Assembly: GCA_965220955.1 (NCBI GenBank)
Contig: CBDCRK010000032.1
Location: 388,994-452,993 of the forward strand
DNA from: an uncultured Candidatus Binatia bacterium
Lineage (GTDB): Bacteria > Desulfobacterota > Binatia > Bin18 > CBDCRK01
Reading direction: 5' to 3'
DNA length: 64,000 nucleotides
Both the position numbers and the translations under genes were made by a program. This document shows, one piece after another, positions 17,463 through 27,950 of this stretch. Within the stretch, counting starts at the first letter, position 1. Each line of letters starts with the position of its first letter. The notes beneath the pieces were generated by a model. The model saw nothing but the letters and a program-made list of their open reading frames with translations. It did not search any database and had not been told where the DNA came from.

Positions 17463-18866
17463 TCAAATATTTGGATGTATCTTATGCCACTCGGTTGCGC
17501 GCTCGTAAGCATGACCGACCTGACACAGCAATGATTCTGATAAGTGCTTGCCTACGAACTGAAGGCTCAAAGGCAACCCTTCACTGTTCATTCCACACGG
17601 CACGGATAGAGTTGGCGCGCCGTTGAAGTTGAACGGTACCGTGAACCGTTGGAGCTTAGGTTCGCGGCTTTCTGGCATAGGGCCATATAGTTCCTCTGGC
17701 TTGACCGGGTGTGGCGGCCCGGCCGTCGAAGGGCAGGCAAGTACATCTATCTGCTCAAATACACGTCGGAGATAGCCCGTGCAGGCGGCTCGCAAGTTGT
17801 TGGCTTTGACATACTCCGCTCCGGTAACTTTCGCCCCCATGTCGAGCCAGCCTCGAAACCAGGGGCCATAGTTGTCTCTTTGGGATGGGTAGGTCGCTTC
17901 GTGGGCGGCCACCGCCTCAGCCGAACACAAAACAAGCCACGCGGCTATATACTGATCCATGTCAGGCAGTTGCACCTTGACGATTTCAGCGCCAAGATTT
18001 TCCAGAACCTTTACTCCAGCTAACACTGCCTCGGCGAGTTCAGGGTCAATGTCCTTGGTTGCGTATTGCTCATCTAACCCAATACGAATGCCCTTGATAC
18101 CCTTGTCTATCCCTTCGAGCATGTTGGGTATCGGAGCCGGCAGGGAAGTAGGCTCATTGGGGTCAAAACCTGAGATTGCCTGAAGTATAATCCCTGCATC
18201 GGCCGTGCTTCGAGTCAGAGGCCCAACATGGTCTAGCGATTCAGCAAGAGCCAACACACCATAGCGGCTGACTCTACCCCATGTGGGTTTGAGACCCACT
18301 GTGCCACAGGCAGCAGAGGGGAAGCGAATCGAACCTCCTGTATCGCTGCCAAGAGAGCCAAAGCACAGACCTGCCGCTGTTGCTACGCCTGAACCACTAG
18401 ATGAAGCGCCCGCCCATCGTTCAGCGTTCCAGGGGTTGAGGGGAATTGCGAATTCGGGATGATAGCCGCCCATTGCTCCTTCAGTAAGGTTGAGCTTGCC
18501 CAGCAACACTGCCCCGGCCGATTCAAGCCTTGCTACTACAGTGGAATCGAAGTTAGGGACATGATTAGCCAGTACTTTGCTGCCGCCCATTGTGCGGATG
18601 CCCTTGGTGAAGCATAGATCTTTGACGGCTATAGGAATTCCATGGAGTGGCCCTCGATATGTGCCCAAGGTTATTTCTTCCTCAGCCCTCCTGGCAGCAG
18701 TCATTGCGTGGTCTGCCATGACTGTGGCATAGCTTTTCAACCGACTATCCAGTTGGTCTATACGCTCCAGCGATTTTGTAGTAACCTCCACAGGCGATAA
18801 CTGTTTCGACTTTATTAGCTCAGCAACCTGGGTAATTGTTTTGAGATAAAGTGGCGTTTCGCTCAT
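17463..18866 (-). CDS. amidase (amidase-signature family)
   Basis: AVKDL, GGSSSGSGVATAAG, GSDTGGSIRFPSA. AGGAG RBS before the ATG at 18866. Confidence 0.85.
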   Translation of the reverse strand: MSETPLYLKTITQVAELIKSKQLSPVEVTTKSLERIDQLDSRLKSYATVMADHAMTAARRAEEEITLGTYRGPLHGIPIAVKDLCFTKGIRTMGGSKVLANHVPNFDSTVVARLESAGAVLLGKLNLTEGAMGGYHPEFAIPLNPWNAERWAGASSSGSGVATAAGLCFGSLGSDTGGSIRFPSAACGTVGLKPTWGRVSRYGVLALAESLDHVGPLTRSTADAGIILQAISGFDPNEPTSLPAPIPNMLEGIDKGIKGIRIGLDEQYATKDIDPELAEAVLAGVKVLENLGAEIVKVQLPDMDQYIAAWLVLCSAEAVAAHEATYPSQRDNYGPWFRGWLDMGAKVTGAEYVKANNLRAACTGYLRRVFEQIDVLACPSTAGPPHPVKPEELYGPMPESREPKLQRFTVPFNFNGAPTLSVPCGMNSEGLPLSLQFVGKHLSESLLCQVGHAYERATEWHKIHPNI

Positions 18867-18950
18867 TCTCTTACTCCTAACAGCACTTCGACTGCCTAAC
18901 AAAACTCATAAACACTGCAACTTCTTCCCGTCTAAGCCAGAACCGCAGAA

Positions 18951-18980
18951 GAGCTAGCCGAAGGGCTAGCCGAAGAGCTA
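18951..18980. repeat. tandem 12-13-bp direct repeats, each containing palindromic GCTAGC (GAGCTAGCCGAAG / GGCTAGCCGAAG / AGCTA), in the amidase promoter region
   Basis: Direct reading. Lies about 85 bp upstream of the amidase start on the - strand. Confidence 0.5.
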
Positions 18981-19338
18981 CTTGTTGCCCAAAACGTGCT
19001 GAACTTTAACACCTTTATCGACCAGCTTTCAAGCTCTGGATTACTCCTGTTAGATTGTACAATCTTGCTGCTTAACACCCCCCACTCTATAGACCCACAT
19101 CATCATAAGCGGTCGGCTGGGCTATGAATTCCTCTCTCCGTGGGGAAAACTCTCACGCCAGTGTACCGTCGGGATGAAGAGCGGGATTAAGAGAAGCTTG
19201 GGGGTGCTCAAGGAAAAGCTTGAGAAAGACCGGGGAAAAGGCTATCAGAGAGGTGTTGAGCCTCAACTCAGGAGGGAGCAAAGGGCAGGAGAAAAGAATA
19301 TCGGAAAGAAATTCTGGTGATAAAAGGAGGAGAAAGCT

Positions 19339-19674
19339 ATGAATATCCACCTGGAAATCCACACTCATGATAGAGATCTGCATGCTGAGCTTATGGATAC
19401 AGGCGCAGTCACGGACGACGGGGCAGCGAAGATTACGGACGACGCCATCCTCACAGACCGAGGGCGGGCGTTTCCGTGTAGTGCAGGTATGCCTGAGGTA
19501 ATCGAAGTCATGCTGACATTTGAAAATGGAGTTGCCAGTGGGATGGTGGCTGGCTATCTCTACAAGAAACTGAGTGGCAAGGCTGTGCAGCTGAAAATGG
19601 ATCAGGCTGATATAGAGATCGAAGCGGAGCAGATTGATCGCATTATTAGGGAGAAAAAAGGACAGGAAGAGTAG
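19339..19674 (+). CDS. hypothetical protein (111 aa), immediately upstream of the F420-type LLM gene
   Basis: AAAAGGAGGAG RBS. Its stop is 8 nt before the LLM start at 19685. Confidence 0.5.
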   Translation: MNIHLEIHTHDRDLHAELMDTGAVTDDGAAKITDDAILTDRGRAFPCSAGMPEVIEVMLTFENGVASGMVAGYLYKKLSGKAVQLKMDQADIEIEAEQIDRIIREKKGQEE

Positions 19675-19684
19675 GGGGACTGCC

Positions 19685-20533
19685 ATGAAACTGGGAATTA
19701 CTATGTTTGCGACCGACTATGCAATGCGCCCGGATGAGCTGGCCCAAGCCTGTGAGGAGCGGGGCTTTGAGTCACTCTGGTTCCCGGAACACACCCATAT
19801 CCCTGCCAGTCGACGTACTCCACTTCCCCTGGGTGGTGGTGAGTTGCCCAGATATCTATGGCATCTGCATGATCTGTTTGTGACGCTAATGGCCGCAGCG
19901 GCTGTCACCAAGACCATTAAGATTGGAAGCGGGATTTGCCTGGTCATTGAGCGGGACCCGATTACTCTGGCAAAAGAGGTGGCGTCTGTGGATCAGCTCT
20001 CAGGGGGCCGCTTGCTCTTTGGGATCGGCGGCGGCTGGAATGCCGAGGAGATGGAGAATCATGGTACGCCGTTTCCCCAGCGCTGGAAAGTCCTGCGCGA
20101 GCGTATTGAAGCAATGAAGGTCATTTGGGCTGAGGATGAAGCAGAGTATCACGGGGAGTTTGTCAACTTTGATCCCATCTGGTGTTATCCCAAACCGCGG
20201 CAGAAACCCCATCCCCCGATTCTTATGGGGACACTGGCCGCCAAGGGACTCAATCGGGTTGTACAGTACTGTGATGGCTGGATTCCCGTTGGGGCAACCA
20301 TCCAGGACCTGCCGGCAGCCATAAGGGACCTGTATGCCCGGGCTGAGCAGGCGGGACGCAAGCCGGGTGAGGTGCCGGTCTCGGTCTTCTCCGCTTCGGG
20401 TGATGAGACCACCCTGGGTCAATATCAGGAGCTAGGAGTTGAACGGGCGGTCTTTGCGGTGCCGTCGAAGGGTAAGGAACAGGTCTTTCCCCTTCTCGAC
20501 AAATATGCTGCTCTGGTGCGGAAATATGCCTAG
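19685..20533 (+). CDS. LLM-class F420-dependent oxidoreductase
   Basis: MKLGITMFATDYAMRPDELAQACEERGFESLWFPEHTHIP is typical of F420-dependent LLM enzymes. Confidence 0.8.
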   Translation: MKLGITMFATDYAMRPDELAQACEERGFESLWFPEHTHIPASRRTPLPLGGGELPRYLWHLHDLFVTLMAAAAVTKTIKIGSGICLVIERDPITLAKEVASVDQLSGGRLLFGIGGGWNAEEMENHGTPFPQRWKVLRERIEAMKVIWAEDEAEYHGEFVNFDPIWCYPKPRQKPHPPILMGTLAAKGLNRVVQYCDGWIPVGATIQDLPAAIRDLYARAEQAGRKPGEVPVSVFSASGDETTLGQYQELGVERAVFAVPSKGKEQVFPLLDKYAALVRKYA

Positions 20534-20908
20534 AACCATTGGCCATTGGGTTTGCCTCTACCTTGGGGGTCCAATAACAATATTAACGAATAGAGGACTG
20601 GCCTCAGGAAAAATCACCCGGTGCAGCAGCGCCCCTATCTCTTAGCAAATATGTTAATCATCTTCATTCAGTGCTTGTAGGCTAGCTTTCTCAACGACCC
20701 CCAATGCTTTTCTGCTCTGGAGAGAGAATGGCTTCAAAAGCCTTATTTCCGGCTGCGCTATTATGCGCGGTCTAACGCCAAGGTGTGGCCAAGTAGCACG
20801 ATGAATCAAAAATGGATGACAAAGGTAGACCTCACCTGCTTTATTGGTCCTGAACTTCTTTAGGCAAGGTGGCAAAGGCCTTCCGAAATTGCTCCGTTGC
20901 TCGCGATT

Positions 20909-21127
20909 TCACAGCTTTTCAGGATCAAGCTCTCTGGTCTTTCCTGCTCTATCCTCGGCTATCGCCTCTGCGGCAAGCTTCGCTAAAGCAGCCTGAGATT
21001 TTTCAAATGCTTTATCCCAAAGCGCTTCATCTTTTATTTCTTCGAGGATAAGTGCTGCTATAGCGTCCTGCTCAGGATCTGGAAGTTTTTTCACTTCAGT
21101 CACAACTTTTTCAAGCAATTTTGTCAT
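20909..21127 (-). CDS. putative addiction-module antitoxin component (TIGR02574-like)
   Basis: MTKLLEKVVTEVKKLPDPEQDAIAALILEEIKDEALWDKAF. No recognisable toxin ORF is next to it. Confidence 0.55.
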   Translation of the reverse strand: MTKLLEKVVTEVKKLPDPEQDAIAALILEEIKDEALWDKAFEKSQAALAKLAAEAIAEDRAGKTRELDPEKL

Positions 21128-21663
21128 CGTATTGCATCCCTATGGGGTTAGTACTGGAAATTATCTCATCGTTTAGGGGAAAAGGTTTAACGCCCGCCGT
21201 CGCGAGCCGCCACCAGAATGTGGCCTATCACGTCCATCCAGATCGTTTCCGTTCTCCGGCGTCAGCTGGCGCAAGTGCGGCGAAGAAGAGATTGCCCGAA
21301 CCGTGCATGGCTGCTTCGACCGCACCACATACGCCGTGTGCCTCTCGCACAAAACTTTCTATAACCCGAATTCCCCTGTAACGTTCCTCAATGCGTGTCC
21401 CATTCCATGCCGGTGGTTAGGCCACGATGGCTGGACAAATCTGCTCCCAAATTGCTCCATGAGCAAACAGTATTGCACGTCTGGCGTAGCGTTCCAACTG
21501 CCAAGGGACAATGAAGGGCAAGGTGGTAAAGTGGAGGCGGCACAGTATGATGGTCAAGCCAGAATGCCGCTAAAGCTGCAACGTTCCCTTCTCTACATAT
21601 TTCACTCTAAACAGTTTCTGGCTGATAAGGGTTTGTTTAAGGGTAATAAGGTACCGTAGCCTT

Positions 21664-23349
21664 TTACCGCTTGAACACTTCTTTGCCACCTACAACAGTC
21701 AGTAGGACCTCGACTTCTTTGATCTTCTCCGTAGGAATGCCCAGCAGGTCATTGGAGAGTACAACAAAGTCGGCCAGCTTGCCTGCTTCAATGGAGCCCT
21801 TGATGTGATCTTCACCCGTGATGGCAGCCGAGTTGATGGTGTGTAGGCGGAGTGCCTGGGCAATACTGATAGACTGAGTCGGTCCCATAACCCCGGCCGC
21901 ACGTGTTTTCCGTGTTACCTCCACCCACATGGCTAAGAAAGGATTGTAGGGACAAACTGGCGCGTCAGTGCCACTGCCTACAGCAATCCCATGATCCAGA
22001 TAGGCCCGAGTGGGGACCGTATAGTCGGTACGTGGCCGGCCCCAGTAGTCCAGCCAACCCACGCCTAGCGTATAGAGGTGAATGGGTTGCAGGGTTACCT
22101 TGAGGCCCAGACGGTGGATCTGCCTAAAGTTCTGCTTGCTTGGCATGTAGCCATGTTCAATGCTCCAGCCTAAACCCATAACTGACTTCTTAGCATGGGC
22201 TGCCTCATAGAGAGCAAGCACAATGTCCATACAGCGTCCCCCTACGCAGTGGATGTTCACTTGCCAGCCATTGGCCTGTGCCCACTCAATGATTTGCTGC
22301 ATCTTGTCCTTTGAGGTTACTGGGATGCCGGTAAAGTTAGGCCTACCCTTGTAGGGCTCACGCAGCATGGCCGCTTCTATGCCACCGTCGCCGATTATTT
22401 TTAAGCCATCAAAGTGCAACCAGGTATCGTCCTTCGGCAGCATTGTCTTGAGCTTTTCGAGTTCAGCAAGGTCAGCTTGTATGGGGGTCTTGGGGGAGAT
22501 CCCAACAAGGTAGCTAATACGCACAGTCAGCAGCCCGCGGTCACGCAGGTCGGTATAAGCCTGAATATCTGATGGGACAGCAAAAGCGTCGCGCACTCCG
22601 GTCACTCCCGCGGCGTTCAGCAACCCCATGGCCTCCTTGAGCGCAACCGTAGTTTCTTGCGGCTTTGGCTGCGGCAGCATGCGCATGATTGCTGCAAAGG
22701 CCGGGCGCTCAAGCAGATAGCCAGTAGGCTCCCCGGTCTCCTTATCACGAATAATGTGCCCGCCTGGTGGGTCGGGCGTATCCTTGGTGATCCCTGCCAA
22801 TCGCAAGGCATAGCTGTTGACCACCACATTGTGACCACCGCGAGGAATGAAGACAGGATGCTCGGGTGCCGCAGCATCAAGCTCCCAACGAGTGGGAAAG
22901 CGGTTTTCCTTGAGCTGGCTCTCATGCCATAGGCTTGAGGCCTGCACCCATTCACCTTTTGGCGTTGTTTTAGCCCTTTTGCCAATTAAGCTCACCACGT
23001 TGGCAATAGATTGGGCATCCCAGAGATCCACTTTTGCTAGATCCAAGGCTAAACGTATAGGGTGGATGTGGGAGTCAATAAGGCCAGGGATAACTGTGTG
23101 TCCCTTGAGGTCCACTCTACGAGTGGCCGGCCCAGCTAAGGCCAGTACTGCCTCATTTGCCCCTACCTTTACGAACTGGTCACCACGGATGGCCACAGCC
23201 TCGGCCACACGGTTTACTGCATCTACCGTGTAGATGGTCCCGTTGTAATAAACCGTGTCGACATTCTCCTGCGCTACCACAGGCCAGGCTACATTCAGCA
23301 GCAGACCGCAGACCCATATCAAGATCCCACATCCCTGCCATATCTTCAT
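21664..23349 (-). CDS. secreted metal-dependent amidohydrolase (Amidohydro_3-like)
   Basis: Signal peptide MKIWQGCGILIWVCGLLLNVAWPVVAQ. GLIDSHIHP metal-binding motif. Confidence 0.8.
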   Translation of the reverse strand: MKIWQGCGILIWVCGLLLNVAWPVVAQENVDTVYYNGTIYTVDAVNRVAEAVAIRGDQFVKVGANEAVLALAGPATRRVDLKGHTVIPGLIDSHIHPIRLALDLAKVDLWDAQSIANVVSLIGKRAKTTPKGEWVQASSLWHESQLKENRFPTRWELDAAAPEHPVFIPRGGHNVVVNSYALRLAGITKDTPDPPGGHIIRDKETGEPTGYLLERPAFAAIMRMLPQPKPQETTVALKEAMGLLNAAGVTGVRDAFAVPSDIQAYTDLRDRGLLTVRISYLVGISPKTPIQADLAELEKLKTMLPKDDTWLHFDGLKIIGDGGIEAAMLREPYKGRPNFTGIPVTSKDKMQQIIEWAQANGWQVNIHCVGGRCMDIVLALYEAAHAKKSVMGLGWSIEHGYMPSKQNFRQIHRLGLKVTLQPIHLYTLGVGWLDYWGRPRTDYTVPTRAYLDHGIAVGSGTDAPVCPYNPFLAMWVEVTRKTRAAGVMGPTQSISIAQALRLHTINSAAITGEDHIKGSIEAGKLADFVVLSNDLLGIPTEKIKEVEVLLTVVGGKEVFKR

Positions 23350-23559
23350 ACGTAGTTGCCTTACAACGTTACTTTTTCCAAATATTGATGCGTTGATCTT
23401 GTTTGAACGTCGCCACCCAACTGTGTCCTCTCAGGTTCATTCTAAACCGCAAGCGGGCGGCGGTCAGATGGAACGGTGAGTTAGGCACCATAGCCCTGAT
23501 TGATGGGCAACGCCTCACTTTTATCTACCTTACTCAGCTTCCCAACAACCCAATAAAAT

Positions 23560-23750
23560 CCGCTCCCCTCAGAGTTCTCATAGGCGGTCAGCCGAGCTAT
23601 CAACCCCTCCCTTCCCGGTGAAAACTCTAATGCCTGTGCACTGTAGGAGTCGAACGGGCAGTCTTTCCGGTGCCGTCAAAGGACAAGGATCAGGTCCTTC
23701 CTCTCCTCGACAACTCTGCCGCTCTTGTACCGCAATATGCTTAAAGCAGT
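23560..23750 (+). pseudogene. relic copy of the F420-LLM locus: homolog of 19105..19185 fused directly to a homolog of the last 30 codons of 19685..20533
   Basis: ...ERAVFPVPSKDKDQVLPLLDNSAALVPQYA* compares with ...ERAVFAVPSKGKEQVFPLLDKYAALVRKYA*. About 75 % nt identity to 19110..19170 upstream of the junction. Confidence 0.55.
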
Positions 23751-23752
23751 TG

Positions 23753-24157
23753 CTATAAGACGGGCAAAGCTCGTTTCAAATCCATTCGCTTAACATGAAT
23801 CAGTCGATGCCCTAGCATATCAACGGCCGCCTGGGATTGTTCGAGAATGATGTAGCCTAGCAGCGGCTCATAGATACCATCTTCTGGTTTCATATCTAAG
23901 AATAACACTTCATTGTAAATAGAACGGAACCCTTCTATCTGAATCCTCACAGGACCGCATATTTCACCCTGAACAGTTTCTTGGGTTGCTGTCTCAAGTT
24001 CAACGGTTTGGATAGGCCCTAAATCTCCAAGCCGATCCTTCCAAGCGCTTGGCAAAACCATGTAGGCTGCACCCGTGTCAACCAGGGCATCGCATCTGAG
24101 GCTTTTTGATGGATCAGAAGGGTTATCAATTTTCACTGATGCTATGATCCGTCCCAT
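23753..24157 (-). CDS. retropepsin-like (clan AA) aspartic protease
   Basis: ALVDTGAAYMVLP contains the DTGA active-site motif. 134 aa. Confidence 0.7.
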   Translation of the reverse strand: MGRIIASVKIDNPSDPSKSLRCDALVDTGAAYMVLPSAWKDRLGDLGPIQTVELETATQETVQGEICGPVRIQIEGFRSIYNEVLFLDMKPEDGIYEPLLGYIILEQSQAAVDMLGHRLIHVKRMDLKRALPVL

Positions 24158-24330
24158 TACTTTCTCCTATTTTAGCCAGTTGGCGAATCGGTCCTGGTCA
24201 TGAATGCGACCAAGTACAACTTAGTAGGCAGCCATACAAATCTCCTTGTACAGTTATAAAAGGCTTTGGTATGCCCATTAATGCCTTTTCCATAATCTAA
24301 TAGCCATCTATTGCTTCTAAAATCTCCAAG

Positions 24331-25656
24331 TTATTCAATGGGTTTCTGTTTTTTTGCCCAGTGAAGCTCAAACTGCCTGGCCCAGGGATCACTCTTTATT
24401 GTTGGGGCAACCACTTCCACTGCTTGCAATAGCTCTTTTGGCTGGTAAACAGTGCCACTGCGCATAACCAGGACAATTTCAGGCCGCTCGGGAATGTGTT
24501 CCGTGAGGTCTCCGCGCACGAACACCATGTCCGCAGAGCCCCCTTTGCGCAATCGACCAAGTTCAGGACGTTGCAAAAAATCTGCAGCATTGGAGGTTGC
24601 TGCCCGCAGAGACTGCTTGGGCGACATGCCTGATTCCACCAGCAGGGACAGTTCCCGCCACAGACTCAAGCCTGGAAGAACGGCTCCACAGGGCGTGTCA
24701 CTTCCAGCAAGCACCGGCACTTCTCTTTCCAGCAACAGTCCTACAAATCTCTGTGCTGCCTCCAGAGCGTGTTGCCACTTTGCCGCGGCCAAAGCACTCG
24801 CATCTTCGGACTGCCATTCGACAATCTCCGGCGGCATGTGTCGACGCTCTTCCGAGGAAGCGCCCTCTGGTGTGCGTACTCTCCATTGACTGTCCCAGTA
24901 TGCCAGGGTCGGTGTTGCCGTTATCCCCAACTGGCTGACATTATCAGCCACCTGCTGCTGTTGATCCCATGTACCGGCAAAATCCGGGTCGCCCCAGACC
25001 TCGAGCCACCCTGGAGGGTGATCTGGCCAGACATCGGCAAGAATTCCGTCAAGATGATAAAACTCATCTACTCCTGCTCGGCCCGCAACCAGAACTCCCT
25101 TTGCCAGACAATGCATGGATATCTTGCGCCCGCCTTCGTGACTTTCCCGCGACATCGCCGGAATCCATTGCGGGTCCACCCCAACATACAGTTTGATGCC
25201 ATCAACACCCGCTGCCAGGGTTTCACGAACGGCGGCTAGAGCCGAATCGAGATCCGTACAGACCCGTGCCACTACAGGATGGATTGGTGAAGGCCCATCC
25301 ACTAGCGGGCCCAGACACAGAATACGGGGCCAGGCCTGTTCCGGCCATTCCTTCCTGCATTCTAGTATCCACTGTAGTTCATTGCCGGTATCACGGACTG
25401 AGGTAACCCCATAAGCAAGAAAAAGAGGCCCTTGCCAGCGCATAAAGTGGATATGGGTGTCGATCAAGCCGGGAATGATGGTGCAAGCGGGCTGTTGGTA
25501 CAATGGCACATCCTGCGGCAGAGCAGCAAGCGGCACAACGTCAACAACCCTGCCGTTATCGATCCATACGGCATGGTTTTCCAGAAGGTGTTCCCCATCG
25601 AAAATTCGCTCGGAGGTATAGGCCATACGGCCGTGAGCGCGCAAAACTTCGTCCAT
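24331..25656 (-). CDS. amidohydrolase family protein
   Basis: PGLIDTHIHF HxH motif. Confidence 0.8.
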   Translation of the reverse strand: MDEVLRAHGRMAYTSERIFDGEHLLENHAVWIDNGRVVDVVPLAALPQDVPLYQQPACTIIPGLIDTHIHFMRWQGPLFLAYGVTSVRDTGNELQWILECRKEWPEQAWPRILCLGPLVDGPSPIHPVVARVCTDLDSALAAVRETLAAGVDGIKLYVGVDPQWIPAMSRESHEGGRKISMHCLAKGVLVAGRAGVDEFYHLDGILADVWPDHPPGWLEVWGDPDFAGTWDQQQQVADNVSQLGITATPTLAYWDSQWRVRTPEGASSEERRHMPPEIVEWQSEDASALAAAKWQHALEAAQRFVGLLLEREVPVLAGSDTPCGAVLPGLSLWRELSLLVESGMSPKQSLRAATSNAADFLQRPELGRLRKGGSADMVFVRGDLTEHIPERPEIVLVMRSGTVYQPKELLQAVEVVAPTIKSDPWARQFELHWAKKQKPIE

Positions 25657-25804
25657 TTGCAGATCCTTTGTTCCTTTGCTGTTGAACGGCTAAGCTCAGC
25701 AATATGCTAATAGCCTGTCTGCTGGAGCGCTTTGTTGTGCGGTTTTTAACCTGCTATTTTTCCGCCACAGCAATGAGGTGAGCACTTAAGAGAGGGTTGG
25801 ACAG

Positions 25805-27685
25805 TCAAACTTGCCCCGCCTCTACCATTACCCTGGCAAATGCTGCGCGACTGGGCATTTTGTCACCCCAGAGGGCGGTGCCGCCTCTCCCAGTACGTGC
25901 CAGCCATTCCGCTCGATCTTCGGTTGTAAGAGGTTGGTCTGGCTTAAACTCCAAGCTGTCGGTGTTGTCACCATAACCGCCGGCCATAACCAACCGTTGA
26001 ATCGCGGCAAAGTCCGGGCTCCATACCGGTACATCAATGAGCCAGCAAAGCGGTACGCCTTCACCAACCACCTCTTTTTGCAATGAATGTAATAGGGTTT
26101 TATCTTCGCGGATGGCTTGGGGCTTCTTACCCTGTTCCAGAGCAAATGCGGCCAGCAGTCCTGCTGCTTCGCCAATGTTCCACTCAACAGGATGTAAGCG
26201 ATAGCAGCCATTGGTAATGTGGGTTGTGCCAATGTTCTTGCTGGCAGCGATTAGGTTTTCCACCCGTACTGGGATCAAGGCGCCAAGGGAGATCTGAAAC
26301 GGCTTGGTCCTTGTACTTGTGCCCACTTCATCTGGGCTTACTTGATGGATGTCGATCGGATACCAGCCAACGCCGATGGAGTCGGGGAAATGGACGGCAC
26401 GCGGTCCGGGCTGGTGAGCAAGGGCGACCTCCTGTTCAATGATGGTCTTGAGAGCCTTGATCCGCCGGCATTCGCGAATGTATGGATGTTTACTCAGTCC
26501 ATCGTTGCTACCCATGACATTGGGCCGCAGTAAAAGATGGGCAAACCCCGGACTGCCGTGTGGATTAGGTGCATGGGTCTGCAACCAATAGGCGAACCCC
26601 AAGCTAACCCGCTTGGCCTCTTGCAGCGCTCGGGCCAAAGTCTCCGGGGGTTGATCTACCAAGGGCAGGTCGCGGTAGTCATTGCCTGGCCAGTTGAACA
26701 GGGTAAGGTCGTGTGCATAATGACTGGGAAACTGCGCTGCCTCGACAAGCCGGCGGTATTTCCACAGCGGCCCTTTTGTACCCGGCATGTCCTCGAACAC
26801 CTGGTACTCCAGCCAGCCGGTGGTTTCACCATAAATCTCGCCGCCGTGCACATGGATACGCAGACCATAGGGTTGGCGGTCGTGGTAGTAATCATAATGC
26901 GTTGGCTTAGAGATGCCATGATTCTCACCCTCGGGCTTCTGTTCGAGGGCGAATGTATAGGTGCAACTTTGCACACAGTGGGGCTTCGGCTCATACGGCT
27001 GAGCATGCGGCTCGGAGGTCTGTTGCACGGATTCTGCGCCAACAACATATTCTGTGCCCGTTAGCGGCAGCAGGTCGCCCAGCTCCGTAGCGTCCAAAAT
27101 GTAGTGAAAGGCCATGCGCAGGGCGCGGCCGTTATCAAGGTTAAGCGCCTTGATCCAAACAACGCGATCGCCTTCCATCTGTGCCTCGGTTGCCTTGGTG
27201 CGCAGAAAAACCTTTAACCGTCCGGCCTCGACCTGCGGTGCCAGCAATTGGTTGATTGCGTTGACCGCAACAAGGGGCTCAAATGCCAGTCGACTTACCC
27301 AGCAACTGCCGGGATTCAAAGGCTCTTTTATGTTCGACTGTTCAATCAGCTTGCAATAATGAGCACGGATGTCTTCGCAAAGCTGGTAATAGGACTGTGT
27401 GCCGCCAAACGCCTCGATGTGTTCATGCTCGTCCAGGGCCGCAACCCCCTGGCTGGTCATCTGTCCACCCAGCCAATCGGTCTCTTCTAGCAGGCAGACA
27501 TTATGTCCGCGCCGTGCTGCTGCCCACGCGGCCGCAACTCCCCCAGTACCGCCACCGACCACAAGTATGTCGCAGGACTCGTCACCACTGGTCGCCCCAG
27601 GGTCAACCGCCACTATCCCCTGCAAAGGATCGCCTTCCGTGGGAACACGTGTTACATCAACCAGCGTGGGTAATTTCCTGTTCAT
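25805..27685 (-). CDS. FAD-dependent oxidoreductase
   Basis: ILVVGGGTGGVAAAWAAARRGHNVCLLEE Rossmann GxGxxG. Confidence 0.75.
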   Translation of the reverse strand: MNRKLPTLVDVTRVPTEGDPLQGIVAVDPGATSGDESCDILVVGGGTGGVAAAWAAARRGHNVCLLEETDWLGGQMTSQGVAALDEHEHIEAFGGTQSYYQLCEDIRAHYCKLIEQSNIKEPLNPGSCWVSRLAFEPLVAVNAINQLLAPQVEAGRLKVFLRTKATEAQMEGDRVVWIKALNLDNGRALRMAFHYILDATELGDLLPLTGTEYVVGAESVQQTSEPHAQPYEPKPHCVQSCTYTFALEQKPEGENHGISKPTHYDYYHDRQPYGLRIHVHGGEIYGETTGWLEYQVFEDMPGTKGPLWKYRRLVEAAQFPSHYAHDLTLFNWPGNDYRDLPLVDQPPETLARALQEAKRVSLGFAYWLQTHAPNPHGSPGFAHLLLRPNVMGSNDGLSKHPYIRECRRIKALKTIIEQEVALAHQPGPRAVHFPDSIGVGWYPIDIHQVSPDEVGTSTRTKPFQISLGALIPVRVENLIAASKNIGTTHITNGCYRLHPVEWNIGEAAGLLAAFALEQGKKPQAIREDKTLLHSLQKEVVGEGVPLCWLIDVPVWSPDFAAIQRLVMAGGYGDNTDSLEFKPDQPLTTEDRAEWLARTGRGGTALWGDKMPSRAAFARVMVEAGQV

Positions 27686-27774
27686 CTTTGGCTTTCCCTA
27701 TCGGATTGGAAAGGATTTAATCCACCCTTCAGCATGACAAACAGTGGTCGTGAGGTCAAATGTTTACCGCCCTA

Positions 27775-27950
27775 TACTCGATCAGCGACTTTGTTGGGAG
27801 GGTTTTGTTCCCGGGCAACAAGATAAGGTTGCCACTCTTGCGCTCTTCCAGGATCCTCCATAAAGGCCCAAACATCCTCCAGGGATCTCCGGATGATTAC
27901 ACTTGCCTCTAAGTCCAGTTTGAGCACGTCGATTTCTTGCCTTGTCCTTG
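27775..27950 (-). pseudogene. SRPBCC (polyketide-cyclase-like) N-terminal relic
   Basis: Minus-strand translation ...LKLDLEASVIIRRSLEDVWAFMEDPGRAQEWQPYLVAREQNPPNKVADRV* is about 50 aa of a family whose members are about 150 aa. Confidence 0.35.

Noticed and set aside
19153-19686. 177-aa minus-strand ORF overlapping the 19339..19674 gene
   Set aside because: It has a low-complexity Leu/Ser/Phe-rich translation. The + strand ORF has a strong AAAGGAGGAG RBS and leads into the LLM gene.
20654-20905. Possible RelE/ParE toxin downstream of the orphan antitoxin
   Set aside because: I translated all three minus-strand frames. None shows the RelE/ParE C-terminal basic pattern, and the only ORF starts at TTG with an unrecognisable sequence.
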